Shown here: one piece after another, positions 19,098 through 28,533 of the stretch
How positions within the stretch are numbered: position 1 is the first letter of the stretch
Layout: every line of letters starts with the position of its first letter
DNA from: Clostridia bacterium
GTDB lineage: Bacteria; Bacillota; Clostridia; UMGS1810
Length of the DNA stretch: 64,000 nt
NCBI GenBank assembly: GCA_045654685.1
Contig: JAZONV010000088.1
Location: forward strand, 585 to 64,584
Direction: 5' to 3'
Position numbers and translations under genes: made by a program
The notes under the pieces: model-generated
What the model was told of the DNA's origin: nothing
The model's database searches: none
Seen by the model: the letters and a program-made list of their open reading frames with translations, nothing else

Positions 19098-20432
19098 TCA
19101 GTATATTGCAACAGTTGTTTTGACGGGCACATAACTTGCTACCCAGTCAGCATCTGCTTTAAGCATTCTTATACATCCTGCTGATGCAGGATTTCCAATG
19201 GTTTTGTCCGTAACATATCCGGCAGGACTTACGGGCTGGTTGTGAATGGCATATCCGTCGAAAAGATAGAGAACAGGATTGCAAGTATATGAGGGTGTAA
19301 CCCAGCTTGTTTTGTATACATATTCGCACACAACCGTTGGAGTGGGAGTTGCATTCTTTCCGGTTGCAACGGGGAAGGTTCTCAGGGCTTTCCATCTGCC
19401 TTTTGAACCAAGAAATACCGTGAGTCTCTGGCGTTCTTTGTTAACCCAGATAAGATATGGTGTTTTGCTTTCGTATCCCATGGTGTTGACAAAATTTTCT
19501 CTGTCAAAATCTGTAAGATCATCGGCAATTGTAAAATTGTGATCGCTTCTTGATACAGAGGACATGGGCACCCAGCATACTTGTCCGTCGGCAAGTTTGA
19601 CTCTGCATGATCTCATGGAGTTGTGATTGTCGGGGTTCATATATTCAACCAATGTACCTGCAGGGATATAGATACCGTTTGAAGATGTTACGTTATATTT
19701 CGTATATGCAGGGATTTTAACGGGATTTATCTGTTTTTCCTTGTTGGAAAGATAAAGAGTGGGGAGTCCGGGATTTTCCCCGTTAACATTGAGAACAAAA
19801 TGAAAGTTGAAATCTTTTTCTGAGTAGTTATTATAGATGGCAGGAACGGTGATATCTATGGTATCTCCGTTTTTCAAATGATAGTATGTATCAACCTCGT
19901 GAATATAACATCCGTTCACATAGCCTGTACCTCTCACAAAAAATTCTCTTTCGGGAGGGCAGGCAAACTGAACCGTATAGGAAACATCTGTCCATATGTT
20001 GTGTGTTTCGGGCTTTTTGGAAAAGAAAATTTTAAAATCTTCGGAGTCTTCACAGGTGAAGGTGACAGAATCGGTTATGACAGCACCATCAGACAGGGTA
20101 AGTTTTGTTTCTATTGTATGAAGGCTTCCCTCGGAAAACATTGGTACACAAAATTTGAAAGAAGCATTTTCAAGAGAAGATTTTGAATATCCTTCGCCAC
20201 CGATTCCCATGAGATTGCCGTCAAGAGTCATGGAGAGGTTGGCATTTTGGGAGTCATCCATCCCCGATACGGAAATGCTTAATACTGCATCTTCGCCGCA
20301 GTATAGAGTCTGATTTATACTTGTTGTAAGAACAATTGGTTCTGTAAAAATTCCCACAGATTCGTTGCCGTATGCTATGGCAGACGAGAATATCAATGAG
20401 AGAGTAAGAAGAATTGTGATTAATTTTTTCAT
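19098..20432 (-). CDS. L,D-transpeptidase (YkuD-domain) protein with a long N-terminal beta-rich region
   Basis: C-terminal catalytic signature GYAIHNQPV...NPASAGCIRM. Signal peptide present. Confidence 0.8.
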   Translation of the reverse strand: MKKLITILLTLSLIFSSAIAYGNESVGIFTEPIVLTTSINQTLYCGEDAVLSISVSGMDDSQNANLSMTLDGNLMGIGGEGYSKSSLENASFKFCVPMFSEGSLHTIETKLTLSDGAVITDSVTFTCEDSEDFKIFFSKKPETHNIWTDVSYTVQFACPPEREFFVRGTGYVNGCYIHEVDTYYHLKNGDTIDITVPAIYNNYSEKDFNFHFVLNVNGENPGLPTLYLSNKEKQINPVKIPAYTKYNVTSSNGIYIPAGTLVEYMNPDNHNSMRSCRVKLADGQVCWVPMSSVSRSDHNFTIADDLTDFDRENFVNTMGYESKTPYLIWVNKERQRLTVFLGSKGRWKALRTFPVATGKNATPTPTVVCEYVYKTSWVTPSYTCNPVLYLFDGYAIHNQPVSPAGYVTDKTIGNPASAGCIRMLKADADWVASYVPVKTTVAIY

Positions 20433-20481
20433 AATTATGTCCCCCGGTTTGATTAGTTATATATAAAACAAATTTGTTTCA

Positions 20482-21858
20482 TCACTTTCCGATACAGAAA
20501 TTGTGGAAAATCCTGTCCACAATTTCCTCTGAAACCGTAAGCCCAACAATCTCTCCAAGAGACGAGGCGGCGGTTTCAAGGTCTATAAAGGTTGTGTCAA
20601 TAGGAATTTGAGCTTCTATTGCATCAATTGCACCTTTAAGGGCATCTCTTGCCTTAAACAAAGCATCAACGTGACGTGTGTTGGTTATCACATCGGCGGC
20701 GTTGACATCAATCTGACCCATTTCAAAAAGTGCTTTTATGGTGTTTTCAAGTTCTTGTGTGCCTTTGGAATCTTTTACGGAAAATTCGATTATGTTGTCA
20801 AACATACCATCAAGCTCACTTTTTTTAACAAGATTTCCTGAATCTGTTTTGTTGATAAGTGCAATGGTTTTCTTATTCCGGCAAAGTTCCATTATTTTTT
20901 CATCTTCTGCATCAATGCCCGATGTGGCATCTGCCATGAATATTATCAGTTCGGCATCTTTTATAAAATCAACAGATTTGGTGACACCAATCTTTTCTAT
21001 GGGGTCGTCCGTTTCTCTTATGCCGGCGGTATCTATGAGACAAAGAACTATGTCAGACAAAGTGATATATTCTTCAATGGCATCTCTGGTTGTTCCTGCT
21101 ATGTCTGTGACAATGGCTTTGTCTTCTCCCGAGAGAAGATTCATGAGAGATGATTTTCCCACGTTTGGTTTGCCCACAATGGCGGTTTTGATTCCCGAAC
21201 GTATGAGCTTGCCCTTCTCGGAGGATTCAATAAGTTTGTTTGTTTCTATATATATATTCCTGATTTCATCCGTAAATTCCTCATCACTTACAGGTTCCAA
21301 CCCTTCGTCGGGATAGTCTATCAAAACCTGAATATTTGCGCAAAGAGCAATGAGTCTTTGTCTTAATGAATTAATCTTGTGGGATAGAGCTCCCCCAAGG
21401 TTGTTTACGGATATGTGATGTTGAATTGCGGTTTTTGAGTTTATTATGTCAATTACCGATTCCGCTTCGCAAAGGTCAATTTTCCCGTTGAGAAAGGCTC
21501 TTTTTGTAAACTCGCCTCTGTCTGCCATTGTGGCTCCGTTTTTCAAAACCTCGCAAAGGACTGCTTTGGTGACAACAATTCCTCCGTGGCAGTTTATTTC
21601 TACGGTATCTTCGCCTGTGAATGTACGGGGAGCTTTCATAAGTGAAACTAAAACCTGGTCGATTTTTCTGCCCTCTGAATCTTTGATGTGACCGTAGTGA
21701 ATTGTGTGAGATTCAGACGATGCAAGGGATATGCCCGAAGGGGCGAAAAAAACCTTGTCTGCAATTTTCACGGCATCAGGCCCGCTTATTCTGATTATGG
21801 ATATACCTCCCGTCCCGTAGGGGGTGGAGATTGCGGCAATGGTAGAAAAAAGATCCAT
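20482..21858 (-). CDS. mnmE: tRNA modification GTPase MnmE
   Basis: G1 GKPNVGKSS, DTAGIRE, C-terminal CIGK. Start chosen at MDLFSTIAAISTP (RBS gaaagga), not the upstream ATG at 21924. Confidence 0.9.
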   Translation of the reverse strand: MDLFSTIAAISTPYGTGGISIIRISGPDAVKIADKVFFAPSGISLASSESHTIHYGHIKDSEGRKIDQVLVSLMKAPRTFTGEDTVEINCHGGIVVTKAVLCEVLKNGATMADRGEFTKRAFLNGKIDLCEAESVIDIINSKTAIQHHISVNNLGGALSHKINSLRQRLIALCANIQVLIDYPDEGLEPVSDEEFTDEIRNIYIETNKLIESSEKGKLIRSGIKTAIVGKPNVGKSSLMNLLSGEDKAIVTDIAGTTRDAIEEYITLSDIVLCLIDTAGIRETDDPIEKIGVTKSVDFIKDAELIIFMADATSGIDAEDEKIMELCRNKKTIALINKTDSGNLVKKSELDGMFDNIIEFSVKDSKGTQELENTIKALFEMGQIDVNAADVITNTRHVDALFKARDALKGAIDAIEAQIPIDTTFIDLETAASSLGEIVGLTVSEEIVDRIFHNFCIGK

Positions 21859-21961
21859 CTTAAAAAATCCTTTCAAATTTAAAATGAGATGCCGGAAATC
21901 GCGGCATCTCAAAAAATGTTCCAATATCCGGAAGAATCAAAAATATAAGGCTATAGTTTTA

Positions 21962-22624
21962 TTATTTCTGTTTAAGTGCTATAACAACTTTGCGGTTGAT
22001 TCCCTGACCGATACTGTAGGTTGTAACGGATTCGTGATCCTGAAGAGTTGAATGTATAATTCTTCTTTCATATGCATTCATGGGTTCCAAGGTTGTGCTT
22101 CTTCTTGTACGCATAACTTTGTTTGCAAGTTTTTGAGCGAGACTTTCCAAAGCTTCGTTTCTCTTTTCGCGGTAGTTTTCAGCGTCGAGAGAAATTTTCA
22201 TGAAACCGGAATCGCCTTTGTTTACTGCAAGGCTTGTGAGGTGCTGAAGAGCATCTAATGTTTCGCCTCTTTTGCCGATTACGATTCCCATGTCGGGGCC
22301 TGAAAGATTAACTTTCAAAACGTCGCCGTCAGCTTCGGTGTCAATTGTAACATCTTCGCCTGCAAGCTCAAAAACTTTTGAAAGAAATTCTTTTGCCTTG
22401 TCTGCACAATCATCGGGGCAACAATCTTTTGCTTTTTCGCTTTTGGATCCGGATTCTTTTTTGCTCACCTTTACAACAGCCATTTTGCTGCCAATTCCGA
22501 GGAAGCCTTTTGAACCTTCGTCAATAACTTCAATGTCTGCCTGAGCTTCTTCTATGCCCAGTTCTTCAAGAGCAAGAGCAATTGCTTCTTCTTTTGTCTT
22601 TGCACTTTTTTCTATTGTCATCAT
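21962..22624 (-). CDS. jag: Jag/KhpB RNA-binding protein (KH + R3H)
   Basis: R3H segment ERRIIHSTLQDHESVTTYSIG and its position after yidC. Confidence 0.85.
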   Translation of the reverse strand: MMTIEKSAKTKEEAIALALEELGIEEAQADIEVIDEGSKGFLGIGSKMAVVKVSKKESGSKSEKAKDCCPDDCADKAKEFLSKVFELAGEDVTIDTEADGDVLKVNLSGPDMGIVIGKRGETLDALQHLTSLAVNKGDSGFMKISLDAENYREKRNEALESLAQKLANKVMRTRRSTTLEPMNAYERRIIHSTLQDHESVTTYSIGQGINRKVVIALKQK

Positions 22625-23547
22625 TTGTTTCTCCTTTTTTTCTTATTGGGATGTGTTTCAGACTGTTTTTGTCTTTTTTCGCTGTCATGAAGTTCAATTT
22701 CACTTGAAAACTTGTTTGCATAAAAACCATTTAAAAGAACAGTCTGTAAAATTCCGAATACGTTTGATGCTATCCAGTAAAGTCCCATAGCCATGGGGAG
22801 TGTGTAGGTTATCCAGAGAGTGAAAATGGGCATAACCACAGACATTGATTTTGTCATGCTTTCTGCGGATTGTGCTCCGTTTTGTTCGTTTCTCTTGGGC
22901 TCTGTGGAAAGAACACGCTGAGGCTTCTGGGGCTCATCTTTCTTTTTGTCATTGTCATTTTTGTTCATCCACTGTGTGATTTTGCTTGAAAGATAGGTTG
23001 TTACAGCGGCAAGAACGGGAATTAAAAGTGTTGCCCATGCGGCAAATGAAAGCTCGGGCTTGTCTGCAAGATTAAGACCGAGAAATTTGAAGTTTATTAT
23101 GTCAAGTTTCTGGGCAACATTAATCTGTGCCATCATATTACCCTTAAGGGCAATTCCTGCTTTTTCTGCAAGGTCTGCAATTTTATCCGCACCAAAATGG
23201 CACATATATTTCAGAGGTTCATAGATTACTCTGTAGAGAGAAATAAGAATCGGAAGCTGAATCAGAAGAGGGAGACATCCGCCCATGGGGCTTGCGCCAT
23301 ACTCTTTGTAGAGCTTCATGGTTTCCTGATTGAGCATTTGCTGATCATTTTTGTATTTCTCCTGAAGTGCCTGAAGTTTTGGCTGGAGTTTTTGCATTTT
23401 TGTCATTGATTTTTGTTGCTTCAATGTGAGAGGCAACAAAATGAGTTTTACTGCCAGTGTGAAAAGAATAAGTGCAACACCGTAGTTGTTTACAAATCCA
23501 TATATCCAGTCGAGAAGATACCCGATAGGAACTTTTATTATATCCAT
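22621..23547 (-). CDS. yidC: Membrane protein insertase YidC/SpoIIIJ
   Basis: PLTLKQQKSMTKMQKLQPKLQALQEKYKNDQQ..LYKEYGASPMGGCLPLLIQLPI is the canonical YidC core. Confidence 0.9.
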   Translation of the reverse strand: MDIIKVPIGYLLDWIYGFVNNYGVALILFTLAVKLILLPLTLKQQKSMTKMQKLQPKLQALQEKYKNDQQMLNQETMKLYKEYGASPMGGCLPLLIQLPILISLYRVIYEPLKYMCHFGADKIADLAEKAGIALKGNMMAQINVAQKLDIINFKFLGLNLADKPELSFAAWATLLIPVLAAVTTYLSSKITQWMNKNDNDKKKDEPQKPQRVLSTEPKRNEQNGAQSAESMTKSMSVVMPIFTLWITYTLPMAMGLYWIASNVFGILQTVLLNGFYANKFSSEIELHDSEKRQKQSETHPNKKKRRNK

Positions 23548-23586
23548 ATTTTCCTCCTGTTTAAAGCCTGATTTTCAAAAGAAAAT

Positions 23587-23799
23587 CTACTTTAGCGGAT
23601 CATAGCCGCCTTTGTGGAACGGATGACATTTAAGGATTCTTTTTGCTGAAAGCCAAGTGCCTTTTGCGGCTCCGTATTTTTCCACAGCCGAAAGGGCATA
23701 GCTTGAACAGGTTGGATAAAACCTGCAACAACTTTTTTTCATGGGCGAAATGTGTTTTTGATAAAAACGAATACTTCCCAAAAGAAATTTTTTCATCAT
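23587..23799 (-). CDS. yidD: Membrane protein insertion efficiency factor YidD
   Basis: [35 protein letters not shown]. Start set at MMKKF; alternatives are 23796 and 23823. Confidence 0.85.
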   Translation of the reverse strand: MMKKFLLGSIRFYQKHISPMKKSCCRFYPTCSSYALSAVEKYGAAKGTWLSAKRILKCHPFHKGGYDPLK

Positions 23800-24122
23800 A
23801 CAAGTTCCGCCTTTTCGAGACAAAAGTCAAGATCCTTTTGTATTTGGGCAAATTCTACTCTGGCCATTTTTGCCCTTGCGGCGATAATTATGTTATAGCC
23901 GTCTTTAATGTCATCATTTCGTGCACTATAGGCTGCACGAATAAGCCTTTTCAATCTGTTTCTCATAACTGCTCCTCCAAGTGCGGGAGAAACGGTGAGA
24001 CCAAGCTTGGTTTGGGACTGACGATTTTTGTACCAGTAAAAAACAAGGGTACCCGTCACGAGTTTTGCGCCCTTCCTGTAAGCATAGGTAAATTCCCGGT
24101 TGAGTTTGACAGTATTTTTCAT
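23796..24122 (-). CDS. rnpA: Ribonuclease P protein component
   Basis: [20 protein letters not shown] motif. Start at [11 protein letters not shown] preceded by RBS gggaggga. Confidence 0.9.
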   Translation of the reverse strand: MKNTVKLNREFTYAYRKGAKLVTGTLVFYWYKNRQSQTKLGLTVSPALGGAVMRNRLKRLIRAAYSARNDDIKDGYNIIIAARAKMARVEFAQIQKDLDFCLEKAELV

Positions 24123-24178
24123 GAAAACATTCCCTCCCGGTATAGATTTTTGCCACTTTGAAAAAAGTTCCCAATATG

Positions 24179-24205
24179 GCAAAAAAGACCACCTTAAGTG
24201 GTCTT
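24179..24205 (-). terminator. Hairpin plus T-run between rpmH and rnpA (terminator or attenuator)
   Basis: Minus strand reads aagaccac-ttaag-gtggtctt followed by tttttt. Confidence 0.6.
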
Positions 24206-24217
24206 CGTAAAATCATC

Positions 24218-24352
24218 TTAAGCTGAAAGTACTTTTCTGCCTTTAAGTCTTCTGCGAGCTAAAACCTTTCTGCCGTTAGCAGTGCTCATTCTTGCTCTGA
24301 AGCCGTGAACTTTGCTTCTGTGTCTTACGTTAGGCTGATATGTTCTTTTCAT
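24218..24352 (-). CDS. rpmH: 50S ribosomal protein L34 (not in the ORF track because it is shorter than 60 aa)
   Basis: Minus-strand translation [44 protein letters not shown], 44 aa. Confidence 0.95.
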   Translation of the reverse strand: MKRTYQPNVRHRSKVHGFRARMSTANGRKVLARRRLKGRKVLSA

Positions 24353-24453
24353 ATTGCTACACCTCCTCAATTTGCACTTTAAATTCTATTTAAGTGCCGT
24401 CCTTTGCCAGTAAAGCGGCAAATAAAATCTGTAGTGATTACAAACCATTTAAA

Positions 24454-24482
24454 ATTATATACTATCAATCGTGTTTTGTCAA
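24454..24482 (-). promoter_or_regulatory. Consensus sigma-A promoter for rpmH
   Basis: Minus strand reads TTGACA (24482-24477), a 17-nt spacer, then TATAAT (24459-24454). Confidence 0.75.
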
Positions 24483-24522
24483 CAGAAAAATTCCATAAAT
24501 ACAGAATTTATGCAATTTTTTG

Positions 24523-25950
24523 TTATCTTTTATAAAGGAAATTGAGTCGTTTGTATTTTTCTGTGCTAATTTCACCAAGTTGCGGACGTGTTATTCTGAA
24601 TAGCCAGTTGCCGTGGGCTTTACCGGGAACGTTCAATCTTGTGTCGGAGCCATAGCCGAGAAGGTCCTGAATGGGGAGAATAAGCAAGCCGGCGTTTGAC
24701 ATAAACATCATTCGGATTATGGCATCATACCCCTGATTTCCCGAATGTCCTGCATATTCCATGAGTTCGTCTCTTTGGCTGTCTCCAAGCTCCCATACAT
24801 ATCCGAGAAGGGTGTTGTTGTCGTGAGTTCCGGTATAGGCAACGCAGTTTCGGGGGTAATTGTGAGGCTTGTGGGGATTGTCGCCTGATTCAAGAAAGCC
24901 AAACTGCAGAACCCTCATCCCCGGATATCCCGAATATGCCACAAGGTCTTCCACTTCTTTTGTTATCATGCCAAGGTCTTCTGCAATGATGATTTTGTCG
25001 CCTTTTATGGAATTTATCATATCTATAAAGTCCTCTCCGGGACCCTTAAGCCACTTTCCGTCTCTTGCAGATGTCTCCTTTGCATCTACCGCCCAGTAGG
25101 ATTCGATGGCTCTGAAATGGTCAATTCTCGCGCCATCAAACAGAGAAAACATGTTCTGTAATCTTGCCTTCCACCAGGAAAATCCGTCTTTTTTCATTTC
25201 ATCCCATCTGTAGAGAGGGTTGCCCCAAAGCTGACCATCGGGAGAAAAATAGTCGGGGGGAACACCGGATACGAGTTTGGGCTCTCCATCGTCTGTCAGT
25301 TCAAAATATTTTTTATTTCCCCATACGTCGGCTGAATCGTGGGCAACATAGATGGGGATGTCACCTATAACTTTTATGCCTTTTGAGTTGGCATAGTTTT
25401 TAACCTTTGCCCATTGGGTGAAAAATTCATACTGAATAAACTTCCATGCAAACAAAATTTCGGGATCAACTTTAGTCTCTGTCCACTTTGTCCAGCAATT
25501 TTCATTGTTTGCATGTTTCAAAGCCATAAATTCGCAAAATTGTTTCAGAAAAAAACTTCCATCTGAAAAATCCTCAATCTTTTTTCTGTACTCACCATCC
25601 ACCTTTTTCGATGCTTTTTTCAGAATATCAAATCTTGTGTGATACAGACGGACAAATTCTGCACTATAGGGTGTTTCCTGTCGGGCGCTTTTAAGGTCAT
25701 CCCCTGTGAGCAGACCCTTTTCAAAAAGAGTGTCAAGGTCAACAAAGTAGGGATTGCCTCCAAAGGCTGAATAGGATTTGTAGGGGGAATTACATTCATC
25801 CACCATACAAAATGGAAGAACCTGCCAGTAGGAAAAACCACATTCGGACAGAAAATCTACAAATTCAAGCGCTTCTTTTCCGAAACTTCCTATGGAATAT
25901 TCTCCCCAAAGTGATGAAATATGCATCAGAACACCGCTGCCTCTTTTCAT
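24523..25950 (-). CDS. malQ: 4-alpha-glucanotransferase (GH77 amylomaltase)
   Basis: N-terminus GVLMHISSLWGEYSIGSFGKEA..F..LSECGFSYWQVLP and the overall MalQ pattern. Confidence 0.85.
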   Translation of the reverse strand: MKRGSGVLMHISSLWGEYSIGSFGKEALEFVDFLSECGFSYWQVLPFCMVDECNSPYKSYSAFGGNPYFVDLDTLFEKGLLTGDDLKSARQETPYSAEFVRLYHTRFDILKKASKKVDGEYRKKIEDFSDGSFFLKQFCEFMALKHANNENCWTKWTETKVDPEILFAWKFIQYEFFTQWAKVKNYANSKGIKVIGDIPIYVAHDSADVWGNKKYFELTDDGEPKLVSGVPPDYFSPDGQLWGNPLYRWDEMKKDGFSWWKARLQNMFSLFDGARIDHFRAIESYWAVDAKETSARDGKWLKGPGEDFIDMINSIKGDKIIIAEDLGMITKEVEDLVAYSGYPGMRVLQFGFLESGDNPHKPHNYPRNCVAYTGTHDNNTLLGYVWELGDSQRDELMEYAGHSGNQGYDAIIRMMFMSNAGLLILPIQDLLGYGSDTRLNVPGKAHGNWLFRITRPQLGEISTEKYKRLNFLYKR

Positions 25951-26014
25951 GAAAATTACCTCCCTGAAACCAAAAAAACATATGAAAACGTATTATGAAT
26001 AATATATAAAAAAG

Positions 26015-26113
26015 TTATCCACATTTTAGCAAATTATTCATAAAATCAGGTAATATGTCGGTTTTCACCCTTTTTTTCGGGAGTTATCCACAAAGTAATA
26101 CACGTTATCCACA
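26015..26113 (+). promoter_or_regulatory. Cluster of three perfect DnaA boxes (TTATCCACA), a candidate oriC part or DnaA-box cluster
   Basis: Boxes at 26015-26023, 26084-26092 and 26105-26113, all in the same orientation. An AT-rich stretch lies immediately upstream (about 25975-26012). Confidence 0.65.
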
Positions 26114-26190
26114 TGTGGGGTGGAGGCGCAACTAATCAGTTTCACGTCAAAAGGTATATGGGTAGACCGGATAAGATGAGTGTCACATTG

Positions 26191-26472
26191 GTTAGTGCAG
26201 TAAGACTTGAACACCTATTGGTTTTAGCAGGGCAATTTTCCCTAAAACTGTGTCAAACCCCTTGATAATACGGAAGTATTCCCTGCGAGCTTTTCCTTGT
26301 TTCAGAAAAAATTGCCACTGATAAAACTGCTCACATCTCAAACGGATTATTTTTAGGAGAATTTTACTGCGGAGGTCGCAGATGGGCTGTCGCCCTTCAA
26401 GACCGACAAATTGAAAGGCTTCAAAAATAATTCGTTTGAGACAACAGGGGTTCGAGTCTTACTGCACTAAAC
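26191..26472 (+). ncRNA. Candidate structured RNA or foldback element: three helices of about 20 bp in a three-way arrangement; class unknown
   Basis: P1 26192-26212 / 26450-26470 (21 bp, one U-G). P2 26221-26239 / 26308-26327 (one bulge, one mismatch). P3 26336-26354 / 26423-26441 (19 bp, one G-U). The wobbles pair only on the plus strand. Confidence 0.35.
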
Positions 26473-26539
26473 AGATGATTTCTGTCAGAACAGATGGATT
26501 CGATCCGGAAAATATCAAAGATAAACAGGAGGACATGAA

Positions 26540-28411
26540 ATGATTTTCCCAATTCCCAAAGAGGAAGTATATGCAAAAGATATATACAAAATGAAAAACT
26601 ATGAGGAAAATACCAACATTGTATATCTTTATGAAAAGTATAGAAAAGGTGATGCAGACCTTTCGGTAAAAACAGATTTGTCTTTTGGAAGAGAAGAGTA
26701 TGAAATTCTGATAGATGATAAAGGAATTACCGTTACCGCATCGGGAGATGAGGGGGTTTTCAGGGCAATAACTTCTCTTGGACAACTCATTGAAAGAGGA
26801 AAGGGGATTTTGTATTTCTGTAAAATTTCCGACTCACCTGATTTTGAAAACAGATGCTATCTTCTTGATGTGAGTTACGGAAGAATGCCGAAGGTAGAAA
26901 TCCTGAAAAGATATATGGATTATGCAGCAGGGCTCAAGTATAATGAGTTTCAACTGTTTTTTGAATCCCTGGTCTATGACTATGAGGCGTATAAAGACTG
27001 CACAAAGGATTTTCAGTGCTACACACCCGATGACATAAGGGAAATTAACGAGTATTGCAGAAAAAGATTCATAAAACTTGTTCCCTATGTTGCAAGTTTC
27101 GGTCATCTGAGGTCCTGGCTGAATCTTGACAGATTCAAACATCTGAGAGTGGGTGATGATGAAGTCAACACAGGAACAATAAATCCTTTTCATCCTGAAA
27201 CAATGGACTTTCTTGACGGATTCTATCAGTCTCTCTTTGACCTTTGTGACACATCAGATGTTGCAAATGTAGGCTTTGACGAAAGTGCAGGGCTCGGTCT
27301 TTATCAGACGGAGGAGATCTGCAAAAAGGAAGGCAAGGAAAAGGTTTTTGTTGACTGGCTCAATAAAGTTGCAGACCATGTCAGAGAAAAATACGGAAGA
27401 AGATGTCAGTATTTTACTGATATGATTCACCATTTTGAAGATGAAGACTATGTCCTGGAAAATGTTCCCAAAGACGGAACCGCGCTTATCTGGGGATACG
27501 ATCCCATTCCTACGGCAAGTATGGAAAGATGGTGTATGACACTTGAAAAACACGGTGTGCCTTTCTATGTCTGCCCAAGTTCAAGCACCTGGTGCAGCGG
27601 AACGGGGCGTATGGATGTTTGTCAGTTCAATCTTCAGATTCTTGCAGAAGTGGGAAGGAGCCATGGCGCAGTAGGATATATGTATACCGACTGGGGTTCA
27701 GGTGACGGTCACAATTCGTTTCCTGTATGGAATTTCTATCCTGCAGCTCTCGGAGGACAATATGCGTGGAATGCGGGAGCAAAGCAGGACAGATATATGT
27801 TTAAAACAGATTTCATAAAAGGAGCAAGGGAATATACCGATAAGGTTGTATTTGAAGGGAAGCCCATATCCGAACTTATGTACAGACTGGGTCAGTATTA
27901 TCTTCTTGAACCTCAGAGGACTCCCGGCGGAACATCCTGCATGAAAATGATTGGCAAACCCCTTTGTGATTCTTCTTGCGGAAGTCCGTTGTATGGCGGC
28001 GTTGACTATCAATATTTTGGTGACGATTTCTATTTTGACAATCTGGAATCCTACATGAAAAAAGCGATAGGATGTGTTGAGGAAACAGAATTTGACGAAA
28101 ATTACAAAAGACAGATTCTTGTAAATTCATATCAGGCACTCATAGGCATTGAAACTGCAAGAATCAGATATCACAGAGGTTCAACGCCTGAAAAAATTGA
28201 TGAAATCATAAAAATGATTGATGATAATCTCAAAGAGTATGAAGTTTTGTGGGACAGAGAAAACTTTCCCAAAGGCAAAGAAAACTTTATGGTGATGCTT
28301 GAAGGAAGGCGGTCAGACCTTGTTGAACTAAAAGAGATGGGATGTGTATATGCAGAACCCGAAACAAAGAAAGAGGCAGGGTTTATGGATGATAATCCAT
28401 GGTTGTTGTGA
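26540..28411 (+). CDS. GH20-like (beta-N-acetylhexosaminidase-like) protein, paralog 1
   Basis: N-terminal GH20b-like domain (..GVFRAITSLGQLIE..) then a TIM-barrel-like region with FENRCYLLDVSYGRMP and VANVGFDES (compare GH20 R..MLD..R and HIGGDE). The usual H.HL.DD segment is replaced by NEFQLFFES. Confidence 0.5.
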   Translation: MIFPIPKEEVYAKDIYKMKNYEENTNIVYLYEKYRKGDADLSVKTDLSFGREEYEILIDDKGITVTASGDEGVFRAITSLGQLIERGKGILYFCKISDSPDFENRCYLLDVSYGRMPKVEILKRYMDYAAGLKYNEFQLFFESLVYDYEAYKDCTKDFQCYTPDDIREINEYCRKRFIKLVPYVASFGHLRSWLNLDRFKHLRVGDDEVNTGTINPFHPETMDFLDGFYQSLFDLCDTSDVANVGFDESAGLGLYQTEEICKKEGKEKVFVDWLNKVADHVREKYGRRCQYFTDMIHHFEDEDYVLENVPKDGTALIWGYDPIPTASMERWCMTLEKHGVPFYVCPSSSTWCSGTGRMDVCQFNLQILAEVGRSHGAVGYMYTDWGSGDGHNSFPVWNFYPAALGGQYAWNAGAKQDRYMFKTDFIKGAREYTDKVVFEGKPISELMYRLGQYYLLEPQRTPGGTSCMKMIGKPLCDSSCGSPLYGGVDYQYFGDDFYFDNLESYMKKAIGCVEETEFDENYKRQILVNSYQALIGIETARIRYHRGSTPEKIDEIIKMIDDNLKEYEVLWDRENFPKGKENFMVMLEGRRSDLVELKEMGCVYAEPETKKEAGFMDDNPWLL

Positions 28412-28533
28412 TAAGAAAAAAATCATAATATCGGAAGGAAATGTAAAAAAAGTCCGGATCGCAAAAAAGCAGTAATAATAAGAAACACAAAACAAAAAAC
28501 CTCTTGTAAATCATTAAAAATCACACTGAATGC

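Noticed and set aside
20738-21316. 192-aa ORF antisense to mnmE. Similar long antisense ORFs lie at 12508..12984, 13832..14278, 38989..39534, 46725..47177, 54756..55235 and 60459..60959.
   Set aside because: All lie opposite strongly supported genes, have low-complexity or Ser/Ile-rich composition, and lack RBS and recognisable motifs. This is the typical shadow-ORF pattern.
24523-25950. Possibility that malQ marks a mobile insertion between rpmH and the origin
   Set aside because: No flanking repeats, integrase or transposase were seen. It is an ordinary housekeeping-type gene, so only the unusual synteny is reported.
26311-26320. GCCACTG, like the conserved core of cobalamin riboswitches
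   Set aside because: The other conserved cobalamin-riboswitch segments are not present upstream, and the heptamer is part of helix P2.
26445-26472. GGTTCGAGTC resembles a tRNA/tmRNA T-arm
   Set aside because: No complementary T-stem, acceptor stem or CCA context can be drawn. The segment is instead the 3' arm of a 21-bp long-range helix.
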